This document shows, in pieces, positions 1 through 8,822 of a DNA stretch of 64,000 nucleotides; the stretch's first letter is position 1; each line of letters begins with the position of its first letter. The DNA lies in contig JBKHES010000001.1 of NCBI GenBank assembly GCA_046540695.1, positions 25,483-89,482 of the forward strand, in the 5' to 3' direction. Position numbers and translations under genes: made by a program. Source of the DNA: Desulfobacterales bacterium (GTDB lineage Bacteria; Desulfobacterota; Desulfobacteria; Desulfobacterales; Desulfosalsimonadaceae). The notes under the pieces were generated by a model that was not told where the DNA came from, did not search any database, and was given only the letters and a program-made list of their open reading frames with translations.

Positions 1-182
1 CTGCCCATCATGGCCTTTCCGAATTTGTGGGTAATATTGCTTGCAACCGACACCACGCCGGGCACGCCCAGGTTCATCATGCCGGGGGTCATGAAAAAGG
101 CCCCGCCGCTTCCAACAAACCCGCTCAATATTCCACCCACAGCCCCGAGCATTACCACCTGGAGGCAGGTGGCAAAATTCAT
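1..182 (-). CDS. TauE/SafE-family anion exporter, N-terminal fragment (gene runs off the window start)
   Basis: Not in the ORF track (<60 aa in window). The reverse complement of 1-182 reads MNFATCLQVVMLGAVGGILSGFVGSGGAFFMTPGMMNLGVPGVVSVASNITHKFGKAMMG with no stop. It is a hydrophobic, Gly-rich first helix (GxxGSGGAFxxxP) typical of TauE/SafE (DUF81) permeases. Confidence 0.5.
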   Translation of the reverse strand, partial: MNFATCLQVVMLGAVGGILSGFVGSGGAFFMTPGMMNLGVPGVVSVASNITHKFGKAMMG

Positions 183-230
183 TTCAATGAAACGTCCCAA
201 TAAAAGTTCCATGGCGATATGCTCCTTTTA

Positions 231-1793
231 TCATTCCATCTTGATAAGTTTCAGGATGCTCGAAGCCACGGTCCCGTAGCAGAATGCCACAATCGGGACC
301 ATTATAAAAACTGCTGCTGACACAACCAGGCCGGGGCCCCAGTCGGATGAACCGAGAAAAGAGTCCTTCAGGGCTTCTTCGTACCACCCGGTCTGTGAAA
401 GGAAGGCCAGAATAGGTTCCTGGTTGGTAAACACCACCATAAAGAAAAACAGTGTTGCAGCCAGGCAAATGCCGGCTTTTGTGATGTCTTTTTTCCCGAA
501 AAGGTATTGGCTGCCGATCTCGTCTGCTGTCACCACCGGCGCCTTGATCCGTTCGCCGAGAAAGTTTCTCAGATCCCTGGTCGACCGCAGCATTGCGGCA
601 TGCCCGCTTGACTTGAAAATTTCGCCTATAACAACGAGAGTATAAGGTGTCGAGGGATCAATGGCATTTATCAGCTGGCTCTGCCCGCCGTATACAAACC
701 TGCCTCCGCCGGATCTTCCCTCCCTTGCAAGTTCATTCAGGGTTTTTTTGAGATTGCCCTTATCCTCTTCGGAAAAATCGGGTTCTTCCTCGATGCCCCC
801 GTTATATTCAGAATGATCCGGATTAATGTCTCCTGCCGCAGCTTCGACTATGGAGCCTCCATGCTCCGAGGGTGATTCATCTTCCGGGGCAAGCCTTATG
901 AGTTCCACTGCAGCGTTCCACTTGGTGGCTATTTCCACAACCTGCTCGTAGATCTCGGAATGAGGCTGGAAGTCTTCCTGTATCCAGAGTATGTTGGTCA
1001 TGGCCATGGTGGTGTTGATCTGCTGCAGGCCCTCTATGCCGGAGCACACGGTTGGGATAAACCCTGCCATTTCAGAGTCCTGTGGAAGGTATGTTACAGT
1101 GGCAGTACCGTTTTCCGCTCTTACCTTTAAGCTTGCGGCAAAGGTTCGTTCGTCTTCGGCAAGGGCCAGCCTGACCCGGGCTGCAAGGTCCAGGTTCTTC
1201 AGGGCCTTGGTATCAGCAGGCGTCAACTGGAAATCCGGCAGCTGGGCCATGTTTACCAGAGCTGCAGCGGCGTTTTCCCGGTTTATATTTCCCAGGTTTA
1301 TCATCACGTCATAATTTGCCGGATCCTCCAGGGAAACGCCGTACATGGAATATACCCACCTTCTTCTGTCCTCGTCCACTTCGCGGATGTATCTGGAGGC
1401 CTTTTGACGGTCCAGGCCCTTTTCCTGCATTACGATCTGTATTCTCTGTTCATGATCCGCAAGCACCCTGACCCGCAGTATGTGGCTGATGCCCGGCAGC
1501 TTCAGGTGCCCGATCCGGCCGTGATAGATCAGCCCTTTGCTTTCAGTAAGCCTTGTGCACATATAGGAAGTGGCAAAAGCCAGGAAGTGTTCTTTTTCCA
1601 GGGCAAGCTTTCCGCTGAAAACACCCGAATTTACCATTGACATCTCGAGCTTTCCCACCTGGATTCCCCGCCGGGTGGCCTCGCCTGACAGGTCCTCCCA
1701 GCTGAGACACTCGTAATCGAGCTTTTGAGCAAGTTTTTCGGCAAGTTCCTTGCCCCGCCTGAAAGTTCCCCTTGAAATACATATAATCTGCAT
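231..1793 (-). CDS. Multidomain membrane protein: N-terminal cytidylate-kinase-like (PF13189-like) domain, BON-like and USP-like middle regions, C-terminal TM helices
   Basis: 520-aa ORF. The N-terminus MQIICISRGTFRRGKELAEKLAQKLDYECLS resembles the cytidylate-kinase-like family and the paralogue at 10227-10853. The stretch TLVVIGEIFKSSGHAAMLRSTRDLRNFLGERIKAPVVT is USP-like. The last ~90 aa hold two hydrophobic helices. A GGAG sits 9 nt upstream of the ATG. Confidence 0.75.
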   Translation of the reverse strand: MQIICISRGTFRRGKELAEKLAQKLDYECLSWEDLSGEATRRGIQVGKLEMSMVNSGVFSGKLALEKEHFLAFATSYMCTRLTESKGLIYHGRIGHLKLPGISHILRVRVLADHEQRIQIVMQEKGLDRQKASRYIREVDEDRRRWVYSMYGVSLEDPANYDVMINLGNINRENAAAALVNMAQLPDFQLTPADTKALKNLDLAARVRLALAEDERTFAASLKVRAENGTATVTYLPQDSEMAGFIPTVCSGIEGLQQINTTMAMTNILWIQEDFQPHSEIYEQVVEIATKWNAAVELIRLAPEDESPSEHGGSIVEAAAGDINPDHSEYNGGIEEEPDFSEEDKGNLKKTLNELAREGRSGGGRFVYGGQSQLINAIDPSTPYTLVVIGEIFKSSGHAAMLRSTRDLRNFLGERIKAPVVTADEIGSQYLFGKKDITKAGICLAATLFFFMVVFTNQEPILAFLSQTGWYEEALKDSFLGSSDWGPGLVVSAAVFIMVPIVAFCYGTVASSILKLIKME

Positions 1794-1811
1794 TGTTTCA
1801 CTCCGGGTTTT

Positions 1812-2243
1812 TTATCCGTGGGTATCAGTTTTCAGCGCAGGTACCACCACCGGGCATCCCAGCCGGTCCTTTACCCTGCCCAGCCAGTGGTCCCGCTGCC
1901 GCCTGCTTCCGTCCACCCCGGACACTCCGCCCCAGACAATGGCCCGGGGTGAACGACAGTCTGCAAGAAACTTCATCAATTCCGAAGAGGGATTTCCTGT
2001 CCTTATTTCCGCCTCTCCCACGAGTCCCGCCTGTCTGACAGGGACTGTGAGCTCGTTAAATGTCTGCCGGTTCAGGGATTCAAGATTCCCCCCGCTGGCA
2101 TGCCCGTGTTGTGAAGGATCGAGCAGAACCAGGCTCATCACAGAGCAGTCTGTCCTTTTTGCCAGCTCTATTGCGTACTGCAGGGCTTCTTTGCGTATCT
2201 GCCGCGAATCAAAGATAACCATTATTTTGCCTTTCATTTTCAC
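1812..2243 (-). CDS. Universal stress protein (UspA family), single domain
   Basis: 143 aa. USP-like pattern: IMVIFDSRQIRKEALQYAIELAK ... GNPSSELMKFLADC ... AIVWGG ... GCPVVV. Confidence 0.8.
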   Translation of the reverse strand: MKMKGKIMVIFDSRQIRKEALQYAIELAKRTDCSVMSLVLLDPSQHGHASGGNLESLNRQTFNELTVPVRQAGLVGEAEIRTGNPSSELMKFLADCRSPRAIVWGGVSGVDGSRRQRDHWLGRVKDRLGCPVVVPALKTDTHG

Positions 2244-2324
2244 CTCGGATGGCGCTAAAAATAACGGATCTTCGGCTCTTGTCGTTACAAAGTCCCCGGG
2301 TCAGCGGAATAAAGCTCAATGACA

Positions 2325-3170
2325 TCACCTCAGAATCAGTATGGATGATTCGGCGCTTTTGACCATGTCAGCAAGGCGCTGTCTTGAAAATATCCTGTCG
2401 AGCAGCGATTCTTTTCCCATCCACAGCGCAAGAAGGTTGTTTTTTTCAGCCTGGGCGACAAAGGATTTCAAGGAGGCTGAGTCAACAAGCCTTACCCAGG
2501 CTTTTACACCCCGATCAGTGTAATAGCTCAGTATGCTTGCCATGCGCCGGTCCACTTCTCCGGGCAGCACCGCGGAATCAGTTACTCCCACTATTTCCAG
2601 CTCAGCGCCGTACAGGGTCACAAGCTGGTTGATCAATTCTATGGAAGCCTGGGTTACAGTGTCCTGGTCCAGGCAGCAGACTATCATCTGCGGCTTTTTT
2701 TCCTCCTTGAGAACCAGCACCGAACAGTTTGCGTTTCTTACCACCTTCTTGAGGGAATCTTCCGGCCATAAGCCTCTGCCGCCGTTTCCGCCGCTCATAA
2801 TAATAAGGTCGGCATTGGTATCCATGGATTCGGAAACGATCGCCCTTCCCGGATTGCCGCAGCGGATTCGGAAGCCAAGGTCCTTTCTGCCGGCTTTGCC
2901 TTCGTATTGCTGATCCCAAACACCCTTTTCCAGCTTAACAAGCGTGTAGTCGGAACCGTGGACTTCATACGGGGATACTTCACCTTCTGTTTCAGAAAGC
3001 AGCATGTCCCTGCAGGCATGGAGCTTTGCTGCGGTTTCCTCAACCCCCTTTTCGTCGGGGCAGATGCCCAGGAAGTTGATATTTGCCCATGTATTTCCTG
3101 CCAGCTCGGCCACCTGGCGGACCATGAAGCTCGGGTTCTGCTGTTGGTCCACTTCAACCAGGATCTGCAT
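2325..3170 (-). CDS. Tandem universal stress protein domain protein
   Basis: 281 aa with two USP-like halves (..GNPGRAIVSESMDTNADLIIMSG.. CSVLVLK; second half ..IVCCLDQD.. AESSILILR). Confidence 0.8.
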   Translation of the reverse strand: MQILVEVDQQQNPSFMVRQVAELAGNTWANINFLGICPDEKGVEETAAKLHACRDMLLSETEGEVSPYEVHGSDYTLVKLEKGVWDQQYEGKAGRKDLGFRIRCGNPGRAIVSESMDTNADLIIMSGGNGGRGLWPEDSLKKVVRNANCSVLVLKEEKKPQMIVCCLDQDTVTQASIELINQLVTLYGAELEIVGVTDSAVLPGEVDRRMASILSYYTDRGVKAWVRLVDSASLKSFVAQAEKNNLLALWMGKESLLDRIFSRQRLADMVKSAESSILILR

Positions 3171-3188
3171 GGCGACCTCCGTTTTAAA

Positions 3189-4001
3189 TTACTTTTCAGA
3201 CCAGCATATGAGCACCGGGCTCTGCATACCGGCCAGAATCTCCAGCTTGGGTTCTTTGGCCTCCGGATTCCTCGGCAGGGATGCCGCAACCAGTCCGTAT
3301 GTCCTCAGGTATTGGGCGGCGGCTTCGGCCGGCCCTTCAAGCATGGCTTTAATGCCCGGCTTCACTCCTTGTTGTTCTGCTGTTTTGAATGCCTCATCGA
3401 GCCAGGCAGGTGCATCTTCTGCATCCTTAACTTCGAGGTTTCCGCTGCTGCCTGTTTTGCAGACAAATGCATCAATGCCGATTCCCGATGATGCGAAAAT
3501 TTTCAGGAAACCGGAAAGCGGAGAATGATTGTCACCGGCATCAATCAGCATTGCCGCTTTATCCAGGGAAACCAGGTTTTTGACCACAAGGGCGGGGCAT
3601 GGCATGGTGCTGTAGAGTTTCGAGCAGATTCTTGAGTAGAAATCAGCGGTGTCAAAGGTCGGCAGCGCCCCTTCGATAAAAAGTTGGTATTGACGGGTAA
3701 GAAGTTTTTCCACCAGTTTTTCGGTCCGGTCTCCGATAAGGATTTCGGTATTCCTGAGCCTTTTCAGATCCAGGTTTTCCATGGCAAGAAACTGGCGGAT
3801 TTCCTTGGTCGCAGTATCAATGGAAGCATTCTCCCATGTCTGCTTGACCCATCCGTGCCCCGGTGTCGGTCCTGCACGGGATGAGTCTATGACATGGACC
3901 TCCTGGAGCCTGAGGTCGATCCAGCGGGAGAGTTCTTTTGAATATCTGAGGGCAATGCTTGATTCGAGCTGGATATTTATTGGGATAAGGGCTTTTACCA
4001 T
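3189..4001 (-). CDS. Tandem USP-like protein (divergent)
   Basis: 270 aa. It has the same size and architecture as the neighbour and ends in ..SPVLICW. Similarity to USP is weaker. Confidence 0.65.
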   Translation of the reverse strand: MVKALIPINIQLESSIALRYSKELSRWIDLRLQEVHVIDSSRAGPTPGHGWVKQTWENASIDTATKEIRQFLAMENLDLKRLRNTEILIGDRTEKLVEKLLTRQYQLFIEGALPTFDTADFYSRICSKLYSTMPCPALVVKNLVSLDKAAMLIDAGDNHSPLSGFLKIFASSGIGIDAFVCKTGSSGNLEVKDAEDAPAWLDEAFKTAEQQGVKPGIKAMLEGPAEAAAQYLRTYGLVAASLPRNPEAKEPKLEILAGMQSPVLICWSEK

Positions 4002-4031
4002 TGATTCCGCCCTCCTGAGAGTAATAATGGT

Positions 4032-4427
4032 TTATTGCCTGGCTTCCTCTTTGAACTTTTGCTCGGCTTTCTTTATTACTTCATAAATTTCTTCCGGCTT
4101 GAAGGGTTTTGCCAGAAAATCGAATACCCCCTTGTGAAACGATTCCTTTGCGGTGTCCATTGTGGCGAACCCGGTGATCACGATTACCTCGGTTTCAGGG
4201 GATCTTTTTTTAACCTCGCTCAGAAACTCCATACCGTCTATCCCCTTCATTTTCAGGTCAGTGACAACTATGTGAAACGGGGTTTTAGTGAAACGCCTGA
4301 GCGCAAGATTGCTCTGATAAAATGCCTCCACGTAATAGCCCTTTTTCTCCAAAAATGGCTGCAGTCGTTTGCATACTATGGATTCATCATCCAGAATCAG
4401 AATCCTTGTCTGCTGGTTGTCCTCCAT
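4032..4427 (-). CDS. Stand-alone response regulator receiver (CheY-like)
   Basis: 131 aa: ILILDDE..., phospho-acceptor context HIVVTDLKMKGIDG, ...VIVITGF..., ...FLAKPF. Confidence 0.9.
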   Translation of the reverse strand: MEDNQQTRILILDDESIVCKRLQPFLEKKGYYVEAFYQSNLALRRFTKTPFHIVVTDLKMKGIDGMEFLSEVKKRSPETEVIVITGFATMDTAKESFHKGVFDFLAKPFKPEEIYEVIKKAEQKFKEEARQ

Positions 4428-4511
4428 TGCGGCTTACCCCCTTGTTTTAGTTAACAGCCGGCAAAGACGGTTTCACAAGACAGTAATTCCGGGTGCTGTT
4501 ACTAATAAATA

Positions 4512-4527
4512 TGCAATAAGGATGCCG
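4512..4527 (-). promoter_or_regulatory. Sigma-54 (-24/-12) promoter for the receiver/USP operon
   Basis: The minus strand reads tttCGGCATccttaTTGCAtat. GG and GC have the canonical TGGCAC-N5-TTGCW spacing. It lies ~85 nt upstream of the receiver ATG (4427) and directly downstream of a sigma-54 activator gene. Confidence 0.6.
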
Positions 4528-4602
4528 AAAAAGAATAAGGGGAAAAAGTATCTGAAAACAAAGGAAAAATAATATAGAAGCCCGATCAGGGGGAAAAGAA
4601 TG

Positions 4603-4621
4603 CCGTTGCATTATTCAACAG
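4603..4621. promoter_or_regulatory. Candidate enhancer (UAS) site 1, inverted repeat GTTG-N7-CAAC
   Basis: CCGTTGcattattCAACAG, centred ~85 bp upstream of the -24 element. It has the same architecture as site 2. Confidence 0.35.
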
Positions 4622-4691
4622 CAGAGTGTTCTTGTGAGTTTAATGTCTTGATATTATATGATAAAAAAGCTATATTGCAAATTTCATCGCG

Positions 4692-4710
4692 GTGTTGAAA
4701 TCTGCAACAC
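4692..4710. promoter_or_regulatory. Candidate enhancer (UAS) site 2, inverted repeat GTGTTG-N7-CAACAC
   Basis: GTGTTGaaatctgCAACAC with perfect 6-bp arms, 89 bp from site 1, abutting the activator stop codon. It could alternatively be a weak hairpin after that gene. Confidence 0.35.
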
Positions 4711-4711
4711 T

Positions 4712-6067
4712 TTACTCTTCGATCTCGTGCCGGCGCAGATGCCTCCACAAAGAGGCCCTGTCTATGCCGAGAACCTCTGCTGCCCGGGTCTTGTTTCTGC
4801 CGACCCTGTTTAATACCCACTGGATATATTCGTGCTTGATTTCTTCCAGTGTCTTTATTTCCGAATCAGGACGGCTGAATGAAAAAACGTCCATCTCTGA
4901 GATGTCCGGGGGCAGGTCTTTTACCTGGATTTCCTCGTCCACGGCCATTGCCGCGGCCCGTTCCACGATGTTTTCAAGCTCCCTGACGTTGCCCGGAAAA
5001 TCATAATCCATAAGCGCCTTCATTGCCTGTTTTGAAAACCCGGTGAATTTCTTTTCTGCCCTGGCGCCTGCCCGGTTTAAAAAGAACCTTGCCATCAGGG
5101 GGATGTCGCGTTTTCTTTCCCTTAAGGGTGGTATGTAGATGGAGATTACGTTTAGGCGGAAATACAGATCCTGCCGGAAAATCCCGGCGCTCAATGCTTT
5201 TTTGAGATCCTTGTTCGTGGCGGCGATTATCCTTACATCAACCGGGATTTCCTGGTTGCCGCCCACCCGGATAATTTTTTGCTCCTCGATTGCCCGCATC
5301 ACCTTTACCTGCATGCTAAGGGGCATGTCGCCGATTTCATCCAAAAAAAGAGTTCCCCCGCTTGCCGCCTCGAGCAGTCCCGGGCTGAATCCTGATGCCC
5401 CGGTGAAAGCGCCTTTTTCATGTCCGAAAAGCTCGTTTGCCAAAAGTTCCTCGGTGAATGCCCCGCAGTTTACTGCCAGAAATTTTTTGTCCCGCCTGTG
5501 GCTGTGGTAGTGGATCATGGATGCTGCCAGTTCCTTTCCGGTTCCTGACTCTCCCGTGATGAGAACATTGCAGCCTGTCTTTGCCACCTGCCTGGCAACC
5601 TTTATTACCTCGCGTATCTCCCTGCTTTCTCCGATGAAACCGGGTTCCCCGGGTTGGTCTTTCAGGCGGGATTCCAGCTCTGTTACTTTTCTGCGGAGCT
5701 GCTTTTTTTCAATAGCCTGTCGTGCCAGGTGCAGGACTGCTTCAGGGCGGAAGGGTTTTTCAAGATAATGGTAGGCGCCTTTTTTGGTGGACTCTATTGC
5801 CGTGGATATGGAGGCATAGGCAGTAACCACGATGACTTCGATTTCAGGGTCGGTTTCCCTGATTTTGGAAAGCAGTTCCAGCCCGCTCATTTCATCCATG
5901 ACAAGATCGGTTATAACCAGGTCAATTCCGCCGGCTGATACATGCTCCAATGCCTCGGCTCCGCCGGCTGCCTGTGCCGTTTCAAACTCCTGCCCGGAAA
6001 AGATCCTGACCAGGTTTTTCCTGGCCACCTTGTCATCGTCTACTATGAGTATTTTCGGGGCGGTCAT
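4712..6067 (-). CDS. Sigma-54-dependent Fis-family response regulator (NtrC-type enhancer-binding protein)
   Basis: 451 aa. Receiver (ILIVDDD, DLVITDLVMDEMSG), AAA+ domain (GESGTGKE, GAFTGA) and C-terminal HTH (RAAEVLGIDRASLWRHL). Confidence 0.95.
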   Translation of the reverse strand: MTAPKILIVDDDKVARKNLVRIFSGQEFETAQAAGGAEALEHVSAGGIDLVITDLVMDEMSGLELLSKIRETDPEIEVIVVTAYASISTAIESTKKGAYHYLEKPFRPEAVLHLARQAIEKKQLRRKVTELESRLKDQPGEPGFIGESREIREVIKVARQVAKTGCNVLITGESGTGKELAASMIHYHSHRRDKKFLAVNCGAFTEELLANELFGHEKGAFTGASGFSPGLLEAASGGTLFLDEIGDMPLSMQVKVMRAIEEQKIIRVGGNQEIPVDVRIIAATNKDLKKALSAGIFRQDLYFRLNVISIYIPPLRERKRDIPLMARFFLNRAGARAEKKFTGFSKQAMKALMDYDFPGNVRELENIVERAAAMAVDEEIQVKDLPPDISEMDVFSFSRPDSEIKTLEEIKHEYIQWVLNRVGRNKTRAAEVLGIDRASLWRHLRRHEIEE

Positions 6068-6124
6068 GGGAATGATTCCGTTTTTAATTGGCTGGCGGGA
6101 ATCTGGTTCTTCTGATGAAGGCCT

Positions 6125-7087
6125 TTACCCGTTCTGCCGTTTTTCCCAGTTTGAGAAAAAAACCGCATATCCGCTGTCAAACTCGTAGAGGCTCTTTTCC
6201 GAGCGGCGGTAGCCGGCAATTTTTCCGGGCAGCTTTCCCTGGCCGGGGTCGCTCTCCGAGACCGCCTCTGTAAATACAAGTGTAAACCTGCCGGGCCTGA
6301 AAATATCAAGAATCTGCCTGATCCGCTCGCTGTAGCGGTCTTCTGCCACGTTTGTCTCAAAGCTGGCATAAGAGCCGTCTTCCTCCGGCGTTACATGGAT
6401 TGTGGCATACTGCTCACCTGAAATCCGGTTCATTGAATACCCGTATGGCTCGAACATGAAGCTGTCATTGATCATGTCAGGATAAAGCCTGTCTATTCCG
6501 GTGCGCGCCTCTATATCAGAGGATTTTTCCCCTGATTTCGGCATGAATGCATTCAGCACCGATGGGTCCAGGTCGTGCATCAGCAGTTCGAGTGTTTCGT
6601 CGTCTTCTTCTTGTTCCGCGGGGGCGACCGCATTTTTTTTATCCGGCGCGGAGGCGTAGAATATATGCACGTGGTCGTGGTTTGCAGGGCCCAGTCTGTA
6701 GCTTTTGCCCTCGAATAGCTCCGCGAGTCCGGCAACATCAGCCTCGAAGTCAGACGGCTGGGCCTGCGGGTACATCAGGTTTTTGCGCTCATAAAAGAAA
6801 AACGCTATCCTGTCGCGTTCTATGGTCCTGATAAGTTCAGGCACAGCCCTAACCAGGGTTGTTGTCCCGCAGGTTATCATCAACACCCGGTCATCCCAGA
6901 CAAAAAGGCTGGACTCTGAAAGAAGGTAGGCATCCATGGACTGCGAGGATATGCTGCTTACTATTTCCGCGCCGCTGGCATGGACCACCGAGTTCCACCT
7001 TCCATCCTCGTTGGAGCGCAACCGGGAATCAGGCTCAGACAGTATAAGCTCCAGCTTTTTTTCCGGGCCTTCGAATTCCATGCCCAT
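6125..7087 (-). CDS. S-adenosylmethionine decarboxylase proenzyme, eukaryote-type (class 2, pyruvoyl)
   Basis: FEGPEKKLEL, YLLSESSLFV (self-cleavage LSESS motif), ITCGTT, TLELLMHDLDP, FEPYGYSMN and TIHVTPEEDGSYASFETN are collinear with human AMD1 as I recall it. I start it at the internal ATG 7087 (AGGTGA 4 nt upstream). The track's 7120 start is a TTG. Confidence 0.85.
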   Translation of the reverse strand: MGMEFEGPEKKLELILSEPDSRLRSNEDGRWNSVVHASGAEIVSSISSQSMDAYLLSESSLFVWDDRVLMITCGTTTLVRAVPELIRTIERDRIAFFFYERKNLMYPQAQPSDFEADVAGLAELFEGKSYRLGPANHDHVHIFYASAPDKKNAVAPAEQEEDDETLELLMHDLDPSVLNAFMPKSGEKSSDIEARTGIDRLYPDMINDSFMFEPYGYSMNRISGEQYATIHVTPEEDGSYASFETNVAEDRYSERIRQILDIFRPGRFTLVFTEAVSESDPGQGKLPGKIAGYRRSEKSLYEFDSGYAVFFSNWEKRQNG

Positions 7088-7268
7088 TTTATCACCTGCT
7101 GAAATAATATTGAATATCAATGGATGTTTAAGGGTTATGTTGTTGATGTTATGTTAAATTTCATTTATAACACTTCTTTGTGCAAGGGTAAATGACAAAT
7201 GTATCGCCCCGGCAATCGCCGGGTAAGTGAAAACCAGCCGGCGGCGGGAGCCGGAACAGGGAGGTTTC

Positions 7269-8822
7269 ATGCAGATTCGGTTTTACGGAGCGGTTCGGGA
7301 GGTTACGGGCTCGATGCACATGATTGAAACTGCAGACGACAGAATCCTGCTGGACTGCGGTATGTTTCAGGGCAGGCGAAAGGAGGCGGACAGGAAGAAT
7401 CGGGTGCTGCCATTTGATCCCGGAATTATTGCAAACGTTGTGCTTTCTCACGCCCATATCGATCATTCCGGCAGGATACCGCTTCTTACAAGCAGGGGTT
7501 TTACCGGTCAGGTCCTGTGCACCCGTGCCACTGCTGACGCATGCGGATACCTGCTGCCCGACAGCGCCCATATCCAGGAGTCAGACGCGGCTTACCTTAA
7601 TTACAAGAGAACGCGCGAGGCATTGGCCGATTTGACCGGAAAGAGCCGCGAGGAGATCAAGAAAAGGCTCAAGGAAAACGGCCGCACTGACCCTGATGCA
7701 GTGGAGCGATTCATGGATCGCTACGGCCTGGAAAAAATCGAGCCATTGTATACCTCGGCTGATGCAGAACAGGCCCTTTCTCATTTTTCAGGCCAGCCCT
7801 ACCGGCACGCAGTGGCCGCTGCCAGGGGTATTGAATGCGTATTCTATGACGCGGGCCACATACTGGGTTCGGCAATTACAATGATCAGGGCAAGGGAAAA
7901 CGGCCGGGATTTGCGCATCTGTTACACAGGAGATATGGGAAGATTTGACAAGCCTATCATAAAAAATCCCGAACTCGAGTTCGAAGAACAGGACAGGGAT
8001 GTGGACCTGATGTTAATGGAAAGCACCTACGGCAACCGGTCCCATGAGCCTGTGGCAGACATGACTCCGCAACTGAAAAGGGTTATAACCGAAACAGTTG
8101 AGCGCGGCGGCACCTTGCTGATTCCATCCTTTGCATTCGGCCGAACCCAGGAGCTTCTCTACGCCATCCACCAGCTCTACAATGAAAACGAGGTTCCCAG
8201 GGTCCCGGTTTACATTGACAGTCCCCTTGCAACAAGGATTACCAGGGTGTACGGCGAGCATCCGGAGGTATATGACAGGCAGACCCACAGGGATTTTCTG
8301 CAGGAGGGCATGAATCCGTTTTTGTTCGACCGCCTGCATTTCACCGAGTCAGTGGAGGATTCCATGGCGCTGATGAGGGAGAAAAATCCCCATATCGTGC
8401 TATCCGCCTCCGGCATGTGCGAAGGCGGCAGGATACTTCATCATCTGCGCTACAAGATCCACGATGAGAAAAACACCATACTTATAGTAGGCTACATGGC
8501 TGCCCATACCCTGGGCAGAAGACTGCTGGAAAAGGGTCTGGAATACGAGCAGGGCGGCAGAAAGACAGAGCCCCCCATGATGCGTTTCATGGGCAAGGAA
8601 TATCCCCTGAAGGCAAGGGTTGTAAGTCTTGATGGGTTTTCGGCCCACGCGGACAGAGACGAGATGCTCAGGTTTTTAAGAGAATCAAACCTCCGGGTAA
8701 AGCGAATTGCCCTGGTCCACGGCGAAGAAGACCAGATGGATTCATTTGCCGGGACTCTTAAAAAGGAAGGTTTCGAGGTTTTTGTCCCCAGGCCGGGAGA
8801 GGGCCTCAGGATAAGGGCTTAG
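7269..8822 (+). CDS. MBL-fold beta-CASP hydrolase (CPSF73/TTHA0252-like RNA-metabolising nuclease)
   Basis: MQIRFYGAVREVTGSMHMIE..LLDCGMFQG.., HAHIDHSG, ..MESTYG.. and C-terminal ..GFSAHAD.. are typical beta-CASP motifs. GGGAGG sits 5 nt upstream of ATG 7269. The track start 7227 is probably too long. Confidence 0.85.
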   Translation: MQIRFYGAVREVTGSMHMIETADDRILLDCGMFQGRRKEADRKNRVLPFDPGIIANVVLSHAHIDHSGRIPLLTSRGFTGQVLCTRATADACGYLLPDSAHIQESDAAYLNYKRTREALADLTGKSREEIKKRLKENGRTDPDAVERFMDRYGLEKIEPLYTSADAEQALSHFSGQPYRHAVAAARGIECVFYDAGHILGSAITMIRARENGRDLRICYTGDMGRFDKPIIKNPELEFEEQDRDVDLMLMESTYGNRSHEPVADMTPQLKRVITETVERGGTLLIPSFAFGRTQELLYAIHQLYNENEVPRVPVYIDSPLATRITRVYGEHPEVYDRQTHRDFLQEGMNPFLFDRLHFTESVEDSMALMREKNPHIVLSASGMCEGGRILHHLRYKIHDEKNTILIVGYMAAHTLGRRLLEKGLEYEQGGRKTEPPMMRFMGKEYPLKARVVSLDGFSAHADRDEMLRFLRESNLRVKRIALVHGEEDQMDSFAGTLKKEGFEVFVPRPGEGLRIRA

